Origin: Paraphysomonas bandaiensis
Taxonomy: Eukaryota > Protista > Chrysophyceae
Direction of reading: 5' to 3'
NCBI GenBank assembly: GCA_965644295.1
Contig: CBFFRP010000146.1
Coordinates: 558,001-622,000 of the forward strand
DNA: 64,000 bases
The position numbers and the translations under genes are program-made. Position 1 is the stretch's first letter, and each line of letters opens with the position of its first letter. Below, one piece after another: positions 49,017-62,512 of this stretch. Under the pieces are notes generated by a model that made no database searches, had not been told where the DNA came from, and was given only the letters and a program-made list of their open reading frames with translations.

Positions 49017-50676
49017 TTAACCCACAAGTATAATACTGTTCTGTACAGTAACGGAGTTGCCACTGAGGAATACCCTGTCGCCTTCACATCTGACACGCAC
49101 CCAACCACCACGCTGTGACTGCTGAAATCCCACCAAACTGCACAACTATTAGTACAATAAGGCATTGAGACAGTACAATACTTCACCTGCTACATGCAAA
49201 CTTCTGACTCCAGTAGGGAGCGAGCGTGCAATGTGCGCTACCAGTTACTGGATCCTCGTTGATGCCGTATCTGTCAACAAGGTGATATTCATAGAAAAAA
49301 TAAATAAATGACGTACCGTGGGAAAAATCCCCTCGATATAAAGTCCACTTCTGGCTCATCCTCGTACTTAGTGTTGTCTCCATCTACAGCGCATACTCTC
49401 CTCAATGGCCCGCAGCAAGTAACCAATACTCCTCTTGTGTGCACGGACGCAACTTTATGAAAGTCGATCCCGCCGGACTTCAGGGAAGGAATGGCTCTGA
49501 ACGCACTGGGTGTCACCTCGATCACCAAGTCATCCACAGCTCGCCCAGTATATAGGACATCTACAGGGTTTATACCCAGCCCCTCACAGAGCAGCGCTGT
49601 TTCCAGTACCACGCTCTCAAGAGGAGGTGATGACGGGAAATCCAGCTCAACTAGCCAATCAGAATTATTTGTTCCAGAAAAGATTCGACGTGCAATGAGC
49701 TCTCCTCTATACTTGGAGCGAAAACAGATAGTATCAATGGGGTTCGACTTTTCGCTGCCAACGATGCCCTTCTCAAAGAGAACATGGGCTGTGGAAAGAG
49801 TCGCGTGACCGCAGAGCTCAACCTCCACTGTCGGTGTAAACCTTATAGTAGCAGATGTTAGCAGATGTAATACATAGAATCCACCACAAGAAAACATACC
49901 ATCTGAGGTCATATACAGCCATTGCAGGCGCACGAGGGTCATCCAATACTGGCCGAATAAAAGCTGTCTCAGCTAGGTTATTCTCAGAGGCCATGTTTTG
50001 CATCCATTCGTCAGAGCCCATTCCTAACACCACAGCGGCAGGGTTTCCTCTGAAAGGCTCCGTAGTGAAGGCATCAACCTGATATTGTCGCAGAAGCCGG
50101 CTGTGGGATAAGTCATGAGCCATTTCATACCACGGATCCTATCCCCATCAATACATTATACACGGAAAATATATATTAATAGCCTACCTCGCCATGAACG
50201 ACGTCGGACAGCCCCACAAATGAGAATCCACATGAGATATAAAACTTTACCAATTGGATCTTGCATAAAAGCAACACTTTCGTTACACTTTTCATGTGTT
50301 TTATTTTTTCCAAATAAGACTTAAGCATAAATGTTGCATTCCCCATTCTTCTATAGGAAGATTGAACAGTGACTGAATGCACAACTAGTGTGGACCCCTC
50401 CGGCTCATGTCTCTCAAATGATTCGTGTGTTATAACCGGACTGGTCGTACAGGTGCCATTCACATATCCGATAATATCACCATTATTCTTATCTTCATAC
50501 ACATAAAAGAAATCACTTGCTTCTTTTTGTCGCATAACTATTCCTTCAAGTGGGGCTTTTTCATCGGCTGGAAAGCTGTCCGCTTCGATCTCATATATAC
50601 GGCCTGTATCTTCGTACTTTGCTAGTCGTAATGACTGGGCAGCTAGTACTTCCTCTCTGTATGTGAGTAGTGACAT
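49017..50676 (-). CDS. GNAT (AANAT/Paa1-like) N-acetyltransferase fused to a PhzF-family isomerase
   Basis: GNAT 'VHSVTVQSSYRRMGNAT...FYISCGF' is spliced through intron 50139-50187 in frame to 'DPWYEMAHD...QVDAFTTEPFRGNPAAVV'. PhzF motifs 'EVELCGHATL' and 'EDPVTGSAHC'; ends ...SIILVG*. Confidence 0.85.
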
Positions 50677-51222
50677 ATCTTCTGGGTGTGTTGAAACAGG
50701 GTTATAGAATATGATTGCAATGAGAAGTGTTGCATATGATATATGGATGATCTATTCTCTACAGTCTACAGCAGTACAGCACTGCATACCGCAACTACAC
50801 ACATACACATACACATAGCTAAGGAGCGTGTTCTTATAGATAGGAGACAGAACAATACACAAGTGGACATATGGTACAGCAGTACAAGATGTGCAGTAGT
50901 ACGAGTATACTGTACTCTGTACTTGGATAGGATGCCACATCTAGACATTAGAATACACAAGTACACACATCGATGCAGGAATACACTGTATTCCTAGTCG
51001 ACATTTGAATTTCGGATTCAAACCACTCGATGGATTATCAATCCAGTGACTCCACAGGCGCATCATCACATCACAATCCACTCCTCGTCACGACATATTA
51101 ACTATATACAGAATAAACCATTTGTGCTCTCTCAAGCTTGTATATTCAGCTCACCAGTGACACTTGTATCCTGCATCGATTCTCTTCACAACCACAGAGT
51201 TCTTCCTTTTCGATATATTAAC

Positions 51223-52355
51223 ATGGCGGACTATGCAATTAACTATAACTTCGAAGGACGGACCCTCTCTGTTGCTCCAGTAGGATTGATGTATCGGATT
51301 CTGAGCATAACTGTTAATAGCAAAAAACTATGCAAATCTGACATTAAATACCTGCTCTCTCTATCTCAAGATAATGGTGATTCCAGAGCATCAGTAACAA
51401 CCCCAACAAAGCCATCCAGGCGCGAGTGCCCCAAAAATTTTCCATCCCCTGTTTCGATCACATGTGATCCACATGAGTATGAAAGAGAAACAGATAAAAT
51501 TGATATTGAGTTATGCAGTGAAGAAGCCATAAATAGTCTTCGTCAGATGGTATTTACTTGTGATTTTAATATCACTCCCGTGGAGGATCATAAGCCTATA
51601 TTAATAAGTATTGAGGGAAATATTGGGGCAGGTACTTGAGATTTACACTTATGTTTTGGTCTAAGTTATAGCTCTGTTAGGCAAGTCGACACTCCTGAAG
51701 AAGCTGAGAGTGGAGTTCCCTCACTGGACTTTTATTGATGAGCCTGTGGATACATGGACGAAATTACGAAATGATAAAGGAAACCTACTCGAGGTGCATT
51801 GTTCATATTGACAATTTAATATTTTTAGCGATATATTGCAGAACTTTTATCAAGATCAAGATCGGTGGGCATACACTTTCCAGAACTGCTCTATCCTTAG
51901 TCGATTCCAGCTTATTGAGAGCGCCATTGCTGAAAACCGTGATAAGTGTCCCGGGCGGCATGTGTATGTTACAGAGCGTAGTCTAGGCACTGACTACCAT
52001 GTTTTTACGAAAATGCTCAGGGATGATGGAAAGGTATATATCGTGTCATTGTATTTGTTGTGTTCTCTAATGCAAGATGCAGCTGGATTGTCACGAATAC
52101 ATGCTCTATGAGCAATGGCTTGCCCACCTCAGTGCGACTTGCACCCCTCTATCAGGTCTTATTTTTGTAGACACGCCACCCGAGGTATGCTCTGATCGTA
52201 TTAGGCACCGCAATCGGGATGGTGAAGATGGCATTCCTCTATCGTACCTTCAACAACTGGAAGACTTCCAGAGCAGATGGATTAATTCATCCGATATTCC
52301 AGTACTCAGAACCTGTTCCGTTGAGGACATCGCAGAATTCGTGGAATCATTGTAA
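51223..52355 (+). CDS. Deoxynucleoside kinase (dNK/dCK family) with an N-terminal extension, multi-exon
   Basis: P-loop 'ISIEGNIGA|GKST' across intron 51632-51680, plus 'DEPVDTW', 'RWAYTFQ', 'ERS' and lid 'RIRHRNRDGE..IPLSYL'. Confidence 0.88.
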
Positions 52356-52811
52356 CAAGGGATATGTCTCCAATGACGGCATTACTGCAAAGTAGGATTT
52401 CTTCAAAGAAGAATGCCGGCTGTGTATAGCTGCATTCTGTTTGTATTTCGTTAGACAGTACTTCCTTTCGATTACTGTATCTATGTTGTTAGTGTTAATG
52501 AATACTATATTATTAATAATTTATTGCCCTCAGTATAAAATGTATCGTGTGGTCCCTGTAATGGACATTTCTTCTCAGTACTCTTTATATGCGTACTATG
52601 AAGACAAATGTTGCATTCAAGCGCTGTGCTAAACTGCTACTTCCCAATGTGTTAAGGCATATTACATTCAAGATGGCATAAGGAAATCAACATGATTGAA
52701 TCTGGAGAGTGATGAATACTCCTTAAGATTTTGGCTACTACTACATCTCTTTCGCAAACAACATACACTCCATATCACTATTTAACAATATCAGATTGAC
52801 TATGAATGAGA

Positions 52812-54059
52812 TTAGCTGCTCCTCTCCTGTAATTGGGACTCCAATTGCTGAATTCGCTCCGCACTGCTGATTCTCTCTTGTAATGTAGCATCGTGTGCCT
52901 GTTTAGCCAAATCTGCAACCATTGTTAGCGCTGTTTTCAATGAGGCAATTTCTTCTGCTGCAGCGTCTCCACTCTTATCATCACACTGGGAGGATTCTGA
53001 CTGTTGAACATGCACTGATGCTGCGAGTTTACATATATCGGTCAGCTTGGATGATATATCTCCCTGTGAAATAGTCAAACAAAGAGGCGACATTGACAGA
53101 ACGCAACACTCACAAGTGCATTTTCAAGTTTTTCCACTCTACCAACTAGACCTCCTCCATCATGCAATGAAGTGGTAGATTCTAATTTCTCCATTCGAGC
53201 CTCAAGCCTGATAACAAACAGTATAAACACCGAATACTAGCGGTCACGATCTCTCACCGCAATAGACGTTCACTATCACCAGCCACCGCATTGCCACTAG
53301 TGCTTCCCATCTGAAAGTTATCGCATGTCAGAATACAAGAACGAAAATATGTACGCATACCGCAGTAGCCAGGCGTGTTGTGAGACTTTCCAACGGGCGA
53401 CGGCCGTTCTCACAACTCTCACATGTTGCCAAAGCTCGATCAAGCCTCTCCAAGAAAAGTATGTCTTTGCTTTCAATGGAACCGTTAGTCTGCACCGGTG
53501 TGTTTTCTGTCTCTGCCATCCAACTCTTGGTTGGCTTCTCTGGTGTAGAATCCTTGCGGGGAGTGGATCGGACAGGCTGTGATGACGAGGCACTTCGACC
53601 AACAGATCTCCTGGGTGAACGTTGTGAGGTAGCGCTAGTCGTAGTACTAGACGTAGCAGTAGCAGCAGATGTATCGTTTTCAACAAAGCAATTCGCTGGT
53701 CTAACAAAAACACCATATTTCGGTGCACAGGTAAAGTATCGGTGTCCCTGCACGCTACCATCATTACGACCAAGTTCCTCTGTCAATTCTACCCCAACCC
53801 ATTTACCATCACTGAATAGGGTACTTCCAAAGTATCTAACAGATCCCCATGTCTGCAGCCCATGCAAAAATACCCTGTCTCCAACAGAGATCTTGTTGTC
53901 AGCGCCTCGAGTAATAGAAGGTCCCGAACTGGATGAAACATTTAGACTGCTTCGCCGAGCAGCTGCAGCGAGTGTACTGCTATCACTTCTAGCCACAAGC
54001 ATCGACGAACGTCCTATAACACTTTTCTTTTTCGGAGATCCAGCTGCACGACTTTTCAT
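52812..54059 (-). CDS. CAP-Gly domain protein with a C-terminal coiled coil, multi-exon
   Basis: '[50 protein letters not shown]' is a canonical CAP-Gly domain. Confidence 0.85.
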
Positions 54060-54621
54060 TGGACAATAATAATTATTATAAGATAAATACAAAACCCGTG
54101 CACAGTATAGCCTCCAGAATATATAGAATGAATGCAATGAGTAATATCCAGGTAATGAATGTGTGGAATGATAATGAATTGTAAGTAGTCTAAAACGAGC
54201 TCTCACAAATGCTTGCTTGATACATTCATTCTGTATTAGGTTCAGTTAATCTATTTGCTATGCGAGCAAGTGCATATAACAACAATCACATCTATCTGAC
54301 AGTTGATCATTCACCAGCAGCACTACAATGAGTTTTGACAGTTGAAAAAATATATATGAAATCCAACAAAAACACACGCTAAAACATCTGTTCTCTATCA
54401 AAACTGAAAATATGTGCCCAGTCAAGATCCCATCTATCACCTACAAGTAGTTTTTATAGTGCTCTAGTCATATAGTCGTATAGTCGTATAGTCGTATCGT
54501 GTATCGTACTGTACTGATAATTCCCAACCCCTGCGACTATAATCTCAATATTTGCATCACTTACTGTCAATTGTTTACTAGGAGGAGTGGATATATTAAT
54601 TATATCCTTCAGTGAATAATT

Positions 54622-55439
<818 letters not shown>

Positions 55440-56270
55440 TGTTTCAACCTGCAGTGCTAATCGGTTAAGTTCTTCCTGTTTAGTAATGAATGTATCCAAT
55501 AGCATGTAGTTGTAGCGGATTCTATTTTCTTGCTGTTAGGTAAATACATCCTGGTTTTGGTGGTGCCCGCGAGAGTTAATGGTAGGCAAAAGTACATTGA
55601 AAATCAGTTGCAGCCAGCTGCCTTGATTGGAAGGATTTTGTCTAGATAATGAAGTCATATTTGTTACATGTTTTTCAGTTGTTTTTCACGTACATATTAC
55701 ACACTGCCATATAAACATATTCTCTAGAAGTATTGTATTTGATACTGTGGCTTGTACAGAACGTTTGATGTTGTACTATTGTATTGTATATGATATAACT
55801 CAAAATGAATGTCCATCAATAGTATGGCCAGTTTAAACTTCCAGTGCTATTGAAATAACAAGATTAGGGTTAATAGTGTGTCGTTGGTATTACTTGGTAA
55901 TAATATACAAATAGAGAGTCCCACCATGACTTGCTTTTTACCTATGTAATAATACCTGTAAATAGTTAAAGTAGAGGGTGGAGTACAAAGTAATGCTAAT
56001 CACAATATCACAAGTACAACTCTTTTCTTGTCGATCGCATCAATCTAATTGCAATACATCAATACTACGTAGCAGATATTCGTATGATGCTATATATCTA
56101 TATAGTATATATTATATAATATATTGAAACGAGTTAATAGTGTGTAATAGTTGAAAGGTGAAATCAACTCATAGGTGCAACGGGAGGATGTAGTTACAAA
56201 GGAAGTAAATTAAGTTACTGATTACTGATGTGTGACTGTGTAATATATAGAAGTGCTTGGTGAACCCCCA

Positions 56271-56751
56271 ACAAAGTCAGACTCGAACCTTTTCGATGTA
56301 TGTGTTCTGGGGGTAAGTACCGGAGATACTTCTCCAGGAAACTAACGTGAGCCGCATATTATATAGTTAGGAGATATTTTTCTGCCCACTCATATAATAG
56401 TCAAATGCTTGTGTGGTACAAGGGACACTAACACAAGTGTCACTTGTGTAGGCGTCTTTGGGCCTTGGTGAATAAACAGGCATCGGGGAATGGGCCCATC
56501 TCGAGAGCATCCAGTGCATTTGCCTGCCTGATGCAGTCAATCATCCCGGCTCAAAAGTCCTGAAGTCAGCAGATGTCAGGTATATCAACGTTCTGCTTAC
56601 TCACTGTGTTTTAGCTTTGAGCGTTAGAGCGAAAGTGGTTGAACCTTGGTGCTTGCGGCAACGCAGAAGCAGCTCTCGTAGTGCTAAATCGTAGGATATC
56701 AGAGTTAAGTACTGCCTCTTAAGCGGGTATTGCGAATAAGATATTCACTAC
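56271..56751 (+). repeat. Dispersed structured repeat, copy 2
   Basis: Alignable with 15911-16385 and 57551-57931. Confidence 0.85.
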
Positions 56752-57550
56752 TCTAGTGACTGGTGAGCCTATGATGAACAGGTGTTTCCGAGAACAGATG
56801 TTCACTAGATATTTAGTGAAATTTACATGAAATTTTGTGAAGTGTTTAGATTAATTCTTTCTTGAAAGGTTTAGGTGTAGAACAAGGTTAACTTCAGCGT
56901 AATGTCCAATTCAAACATGGCAATTGGTGTGAGGGATCCAACAATAGTAATTATTATCAACATCAACATTTCAAGGGGACTAGAAGTCATAGGAACTCAG
57001 TCATAGAACACTTAGCTCTACTAAATATCCTAAAACAACCAGCTAACAACATCTTATTCCGTTCAAACTCAATCCATCAACCACTATACGGAATATGCTC
57101 GGAAACATTAGCATGTTTGGTTCCATATTAATACAACACTAAAGCACAAAGTACAGTAGTCACTATAGAATAGCCAGGACTTTACATATCGTCCCGCGCT
57201 CAAATTTTAAATTGTAGCTTATCCTCATGACGTTGAAAACTTAATGTTAGATTGTATATATAGCTATTAGTAGCTTGCTTGCTGTAAGAAAAAATAGGTT
57301 TTCCCTGATTAAAATTAAGAAAACATATGAAAAGTTATATAGTTTCAAATAAATGGTATACTTAGGGAATAGCGACTTCACAATCAACTGAAATAACTTG
57401 ATGCCACTGCTGTTATATTAGGATTCACCTTTATATATAAGATAATATATTATATGAAATATGTCGATAAATAAAATATATTATCATGAACTGAATTTAT
57501 GGAAGTATCTGTTGAAGATACTTAATCATCACAATGATCATCATCCCTCA

Positions 57551-57931
57551 ACAAAGTCATCCCTTTTCGTGGTGTTCTGGGGGATAAGTACCGGAGAGAT
57601 TCTCTCTGGGAAACTAACGTGAGCCGCAAACATAGTCAGCAGATATTTTTTTCCCACTCATAGCCTAATGCTTGTGTGGTACAAGTGACACTAACACAAG
57701 TGTCACTTGTGTAGACGTCTTTGGGCCCTGACGAATAAACAGGCATCCGGAATGGGCCCGCTCAAGGGCATCCGTGGCAGGGGGTATTGGGCTGCCTGCT
57801 AAAGTCAAGCATCCGGGATGTTCACCTTAATAACTCAGAGCGGAAGTGGTCGCACCTTGGTGCTTGCGGCGACGCACAAGCAGCTTCCGTAGCGTTAAAT
57901 AGTAGGATAAAAAGTGTGTACTGATTAGTTA
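57551..57931 (+). repeat. Dispersed structured repeat, copy 3
   Basis: Alignable with the other two copies. Perfect 12-bp stem acaagtgacact/agtgtcacttgt at 57681-57710. Confidence 0.85.
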
Positions 57932-58753
57932 CAGGTAGAGGTCTCACTAGTTTGTCTAGCATTCATCTAGCTACTAAGTTGGTGCAGGTTTTTAACGCCT
58001 ATAAGATTTTCAATATATGATAGTCATACCCTTAGTTCTAACTATTCCGTTTTGTGTGGCTCTGCGTTATTATTCACTTTTCTACATTACTGTGTTAATC
58101 ACTTAAGACAACATTCTTCTTACTATTACTAAGCTTAAGTCAAATTGCCCTTAACCACCTATACAGCATCAGATGTGACACTTAAACTCTCCTGATATAT
58201 TCTTGAATTTGTTTCGAAGTCCTGGTTATGAAGATAGATAGCTTGCACTGACATCATTATGATCTTCTACAGGTGACGAAGGTTGGAATATAACTTTGAG
58301 TGTTTGATGATCAGCTTTGGATGGTGACTCATGATTGTGGTTTCTCTACAGTTGTCATATATACTGAAATCACATACATATGATGACAGTCAATATCATT
58401 GAAGTTGAGTTTCTATGAAACCGAATATTGAAGTTGAATGTTTATATTTGCCCCGTGCTGATATGAGCCCTCTGTTAAACCCAAATCAGGTCAAAAAGCT
58501 TATTTTGAGAAAATTTGGATAAAAATAAATTATTAATCATTAAATTATCAAAGAAAAACTCACTACATTTCACATTACAAATTCTCCAATGAAAATATCT
58601 TAGTTTGCAACTCACCCAGTGCTATCGCGACAATATGCTTGCTTCAAGCCTATTTAGAGGCGCCAATAGGCACTATGATAGACGAATAAAGGGCAAAAAA
58701 ATTTAAAACACCATATGACTGGAACGTCACTTCATCAGTCAATTCATAACGTC

Positions 58754-60545
58754 TTAAGAATACATCGAGTCATCATCAATATCGTACTGGGGTGGCCGTA
58801 AGTGGTCCGGGGCTGGTTCTCCGGGCACCGTTCTGCCCCTTCCTGTGCGACCACCAACGTAATTACGACCCCCCATGGGAACACCTGGGGTTGGGTGGAT
58901 GGGGTCGTAACGAGGAACATGTGCACCAGGGCCAAACCCAGGAACAAATGGGTCTCGTCCTTCGCCTTGTACGTGACTTCCACCCCAAAACATAGGATGG
59001 TCAGGACCTGCCGCACAAATGTGATAAAGGCCATGTCAATGATGATTTCATACACATACCCACTACTGATCCACTGCTAGGAGTAGGTATAGACGGTCGC
59101 ATTCCAGGAAAAGGCGGCTCCATATCTCCCCTACCAACACCCATTCCCGTGGACCCCCTTCCATACCCATACAGTGGGTGAGCACCGGTATCAGGTGCAC
59201 GAGCAGGAGTGAGAGAAGGAATGGATTGATACTGCTGTGGAAGTACAGCTGGTCCGGAGTCTGCGGGAGTAGCGTTGGCCTCAGGGGAAAGGACTTGCCG
59301 AATCACACCTCTAACAATGGATTGTAAACTCTAAACGTAAAGAGCTTTAGATTCACGAGAGAAAAGACATTTGCAGAGTATAGAACCACATGACAATTTG
59401 GAGCAGGTTCTCACCGAGGGGTTGCGGTATACTGAATGTATGGGAAATCGCTGAGAGCTAATATCTGAAGAGGTCGCACAGTGCTCAGCAGTGTTTATAT
59501 TCACCCCATTAGGCCCAGAGTTTCCGCCCTTAACAGTAAATGACATCGCCACTACGGCTTCAGAAATAAAAGCACACTGCACACAAAAGTCAGTTGATAT
59601 ATATTCATATACATCAAGTATATGGTCCTTACCATAAGCTTGAACTGCTTTCCAGATAGTGCTTTGTTTTTATACAAAATGACAATTGCGTCCTTGTCTT
59701 TCCTCCAGTTGGGTGGGAGAAAGGCGCCCTTAGGAAGCTCTGTAGAAATGATTCAGCGTTATACTTAAAGTGTCCGTTTCCGACTAAACAATACCTGAAA
59801 GTGGGGGCGCAAAACCTGCCACTACAGGCTGGTCATCTACTCTATCACAAATACAAATAAATCCTTCCCTAAGTATGATGGAATGACAGGCCATTGCGAT
59901 AGCCTCAAGCTGGCTACAAGGATACACTCCACTCTGAACCAAGGGCTGCATGAATTCTGGGAGCGATTCATTGGAACAAGCATCAGTCTGACACATGTTT
60001 AGAATCAAGTAAACTAAAAGTAACCCAATATCCAAATTACCTGTCCATTCTTAGTGTCAGTAGTACTCGACGTGCTATTCTCTGTAGAATCAACTAACTG
60101 AATGCAATCTTTGTTCATCAGCCCACATGATGCAATTGTGTGGGAATGCGTACAAGGGTGGGACAACCCGGTCCGATCTACTTTTACTGAACTGCAGCGG
60201 ATATTCTGCTCCAAGCAACTCTGTATTGGTTGTTAGACGAAACAAACTACATGCACTCATACGAACTTCAACTCTTCCTACAAGCTCTCTGATAGATGTC
60301 TGAGGGCTGATATTCGACAGCACAACATGCTGATTCTCACTCGTCTTCACCTTCAGTGTCAATGCTGTACTTGCGGATGCCTTATGAGACTCTATCATCT
60401 TCTCAAACTTTTGAATAGTGATATTGAGTTCATTAGCGACTAGTTTGGACGCACATCTCTCCTGTACGAACTCCTTCAACCTCAATATATCAGAAGACAC
60501 CGCATCAATATCAATATTGTCTTCTTGTAATCCTTCCATTTCCAT
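58754..60545 (-). CDS. PI31 (PSMF1)-like proteasome regulator with an N-terminal ubiquitin-like domain, multi-exon
   Basis: FP-domain-like 'AIAMACHSIILREGFIC' and 'LPPNWRK'. Pro/Gly-rich tail 'VPRYDPIHP' and 'GEPAPDHLRPP'. C-terminal HbYX motif MYS*. Confidence 0.75.
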
Positions 60546-61009
60546 CACGAGAGAGATTCCTTAACAATCACTTGACAGATTAATGAGTTCTTACAAGACC
60601 CTTCTTCATGTGTTGGACCTTCCAGTCAATGGATTTCGTATGTAGTTCTTAAGAATTCCCATCCCAGTGTATGCGAACCACCTCAAACACCAGCGAGGAG
60701 TTTGGAATTCCAAAGTTACTGTATTAGTCTGTATATTGCTGTAGAATGAACTGTATTCTAGATATAGAGATGAACTAAAGGGAGAGTTTGAACGGAAAGA
60801 AAACTGACGTCATTGTTATAAAGTGGTACTCGTGACTTCCACCATGAGAGAAAATTATTTTCAGTTTGAGACCATTCAAGATCACATCTAACCTTTGTGG
60901 TGTTTGTTATGAAATAAGATGAACCGAACTGGTTCAGCAATTGAGTGTTTGTCAAGAGCCGAAATAACAAAAGTGCTTGACTGGTAATTAATAGAGAAGA
61001 CATATAAGC

Positions 61010-61879
61010 ATGAAGGTATTGAATGATTGTTATTGTCATGTTATTGTTTATATGTTATGTTAATGGCAGCTGAACATTGCGTACCCGGCCACTGGGGGCC
61101 AGAAATTTATTGAGATCGATGACGAGAAGAGACTGTAAGTTCTCTATAGCTGGTTATCATTGATTCTAATATATGCGTAGTCGTTGTGTTTACGACAAGC
61201 GTATCTCTCAGGAAGTCTCTGGTGACGATCTTGGCGACGAGTTTGCTGGATATGTATGCATTTTATTAATGTGAAATGGCATTATTAATTGTCTACTCAG
61301 GTGTTCCGCATTAGCGGTGGCAATGACAAGCAGGGTTTCCCCATGAAGCAGGGAGTTCTTACTAACACCCGTGTTCGTCTTCTTCTCCGTGACGGACTTT
61401 CTTGCTACCGCTCTCGCCGTGCAGGTGAGCGCAAGCGCAAGTCTGTCAGAGGATGCATTGTCGGCTCCGACATCTCCGTTCTCAACCTTGTTGTCATCAA
61501 GAAGGGTGATGCCGAGATCCCTGATGTAACTGATGTCAGTGTTCCCCGCCGCCTTGGTCCCAAGCGCGCTTCTAAGATCCGTGCTCTCTTCAACTTGGAG
61601 AAGACCGATGATATTAGAAAGTTCATGATTGCCCGCACCTTCGAGAAGAACGGCAAGACCGTGACCAAGCGTGCCAAGATTCAGCGCCTAGTGACCCCAG
61701 TCACCCTTGCTCGCAAGAGACAGCGTATTGCCAAGAAGAAGGCTGCTCTTGAAAACTCCAAGCTCGAGAAGGCTGCATACACCGCCCTTGTCCAGAAGCG
61801 TCTTGCTGAGCAGAAGGAGGCCCGTCGGTCTGAGCTTTCGAAGCGCAGGTCATCTCGCAGAGCAAGCCAGAAGGAGTAG
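61010..61879 (+). CDS. RPS6: 40S ribosomal protein S6 (eS6), 4 exons
   Basis: MK|[12 protein letters not shown], '[15 protein letters not shown]', '[11 protein letters not shown]' and '[13 protein letters not shown]'. Confidence 0.97.
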
Positions 61880-62512
61880 ATATATTATTCTAGGCTAATC
61901 GCTTGTTTTCTTCAACTTAACTAACAACAGTCAGCACATAGTTTAAATCACTTATTTTTGCGGTTCTCCCAGCAGTCGTATTGTTTTCCCAACAGTTGTG
62001 TACCTTGTATTATTTCGAAATTGCGGCAATGTAAACTTGCTTTTTGCTCTGGTTATCGGAAAAAGAACTACAGTTGACTGTATTTTCTTGTTTTGAATTT
62101 TCTCACCAGCAGACACCAATAATTTCATTGTATTGAAATAATGCTGGCGATTTTTACGTTTCAATCGTTCAACATATCGTTGTTGAGCATTCAGGATGAA
62201 TTATCTATAACCAGTCAGACGCCTTTAGCGCAAGCCGCAATATCTATGTATCCATAACCTACACCTAAGCATAATAGAGCGTACATTGTTAAGGTCATGT
62301 CAGTGGATGGTAGATGGCTGTGCTCTTGTGTCATTTGTGCAGGATACAAGTTTCATGTTACTCTACACTGAACGCAATACTGGGGGTAGTGTTCAATAAT
62401 TAAATATATATTAACAAGGTAGAAATTAATCCGTAAACTTGTGGACAACAAATACGCAACGTAATGAACATATTATACAGAATACAGAGGAATGTATCTA
62501 CACAATCGCACT

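Noticed and set aside
53380-54069. 229-aa plus-strand ORF, and similar antisense ORFs over eIF5B, DRC1 and the kinases
   Set aside because: Shadow ORFs on the opposite strand of well-supported genes, with no motifs of their own.
57725-57760. Hammerhead-like 'ctgacga' in repeat copy 3
   Set aside because: Not conserved in copies 1 and 2, and there is no correctly placed GAAA core.
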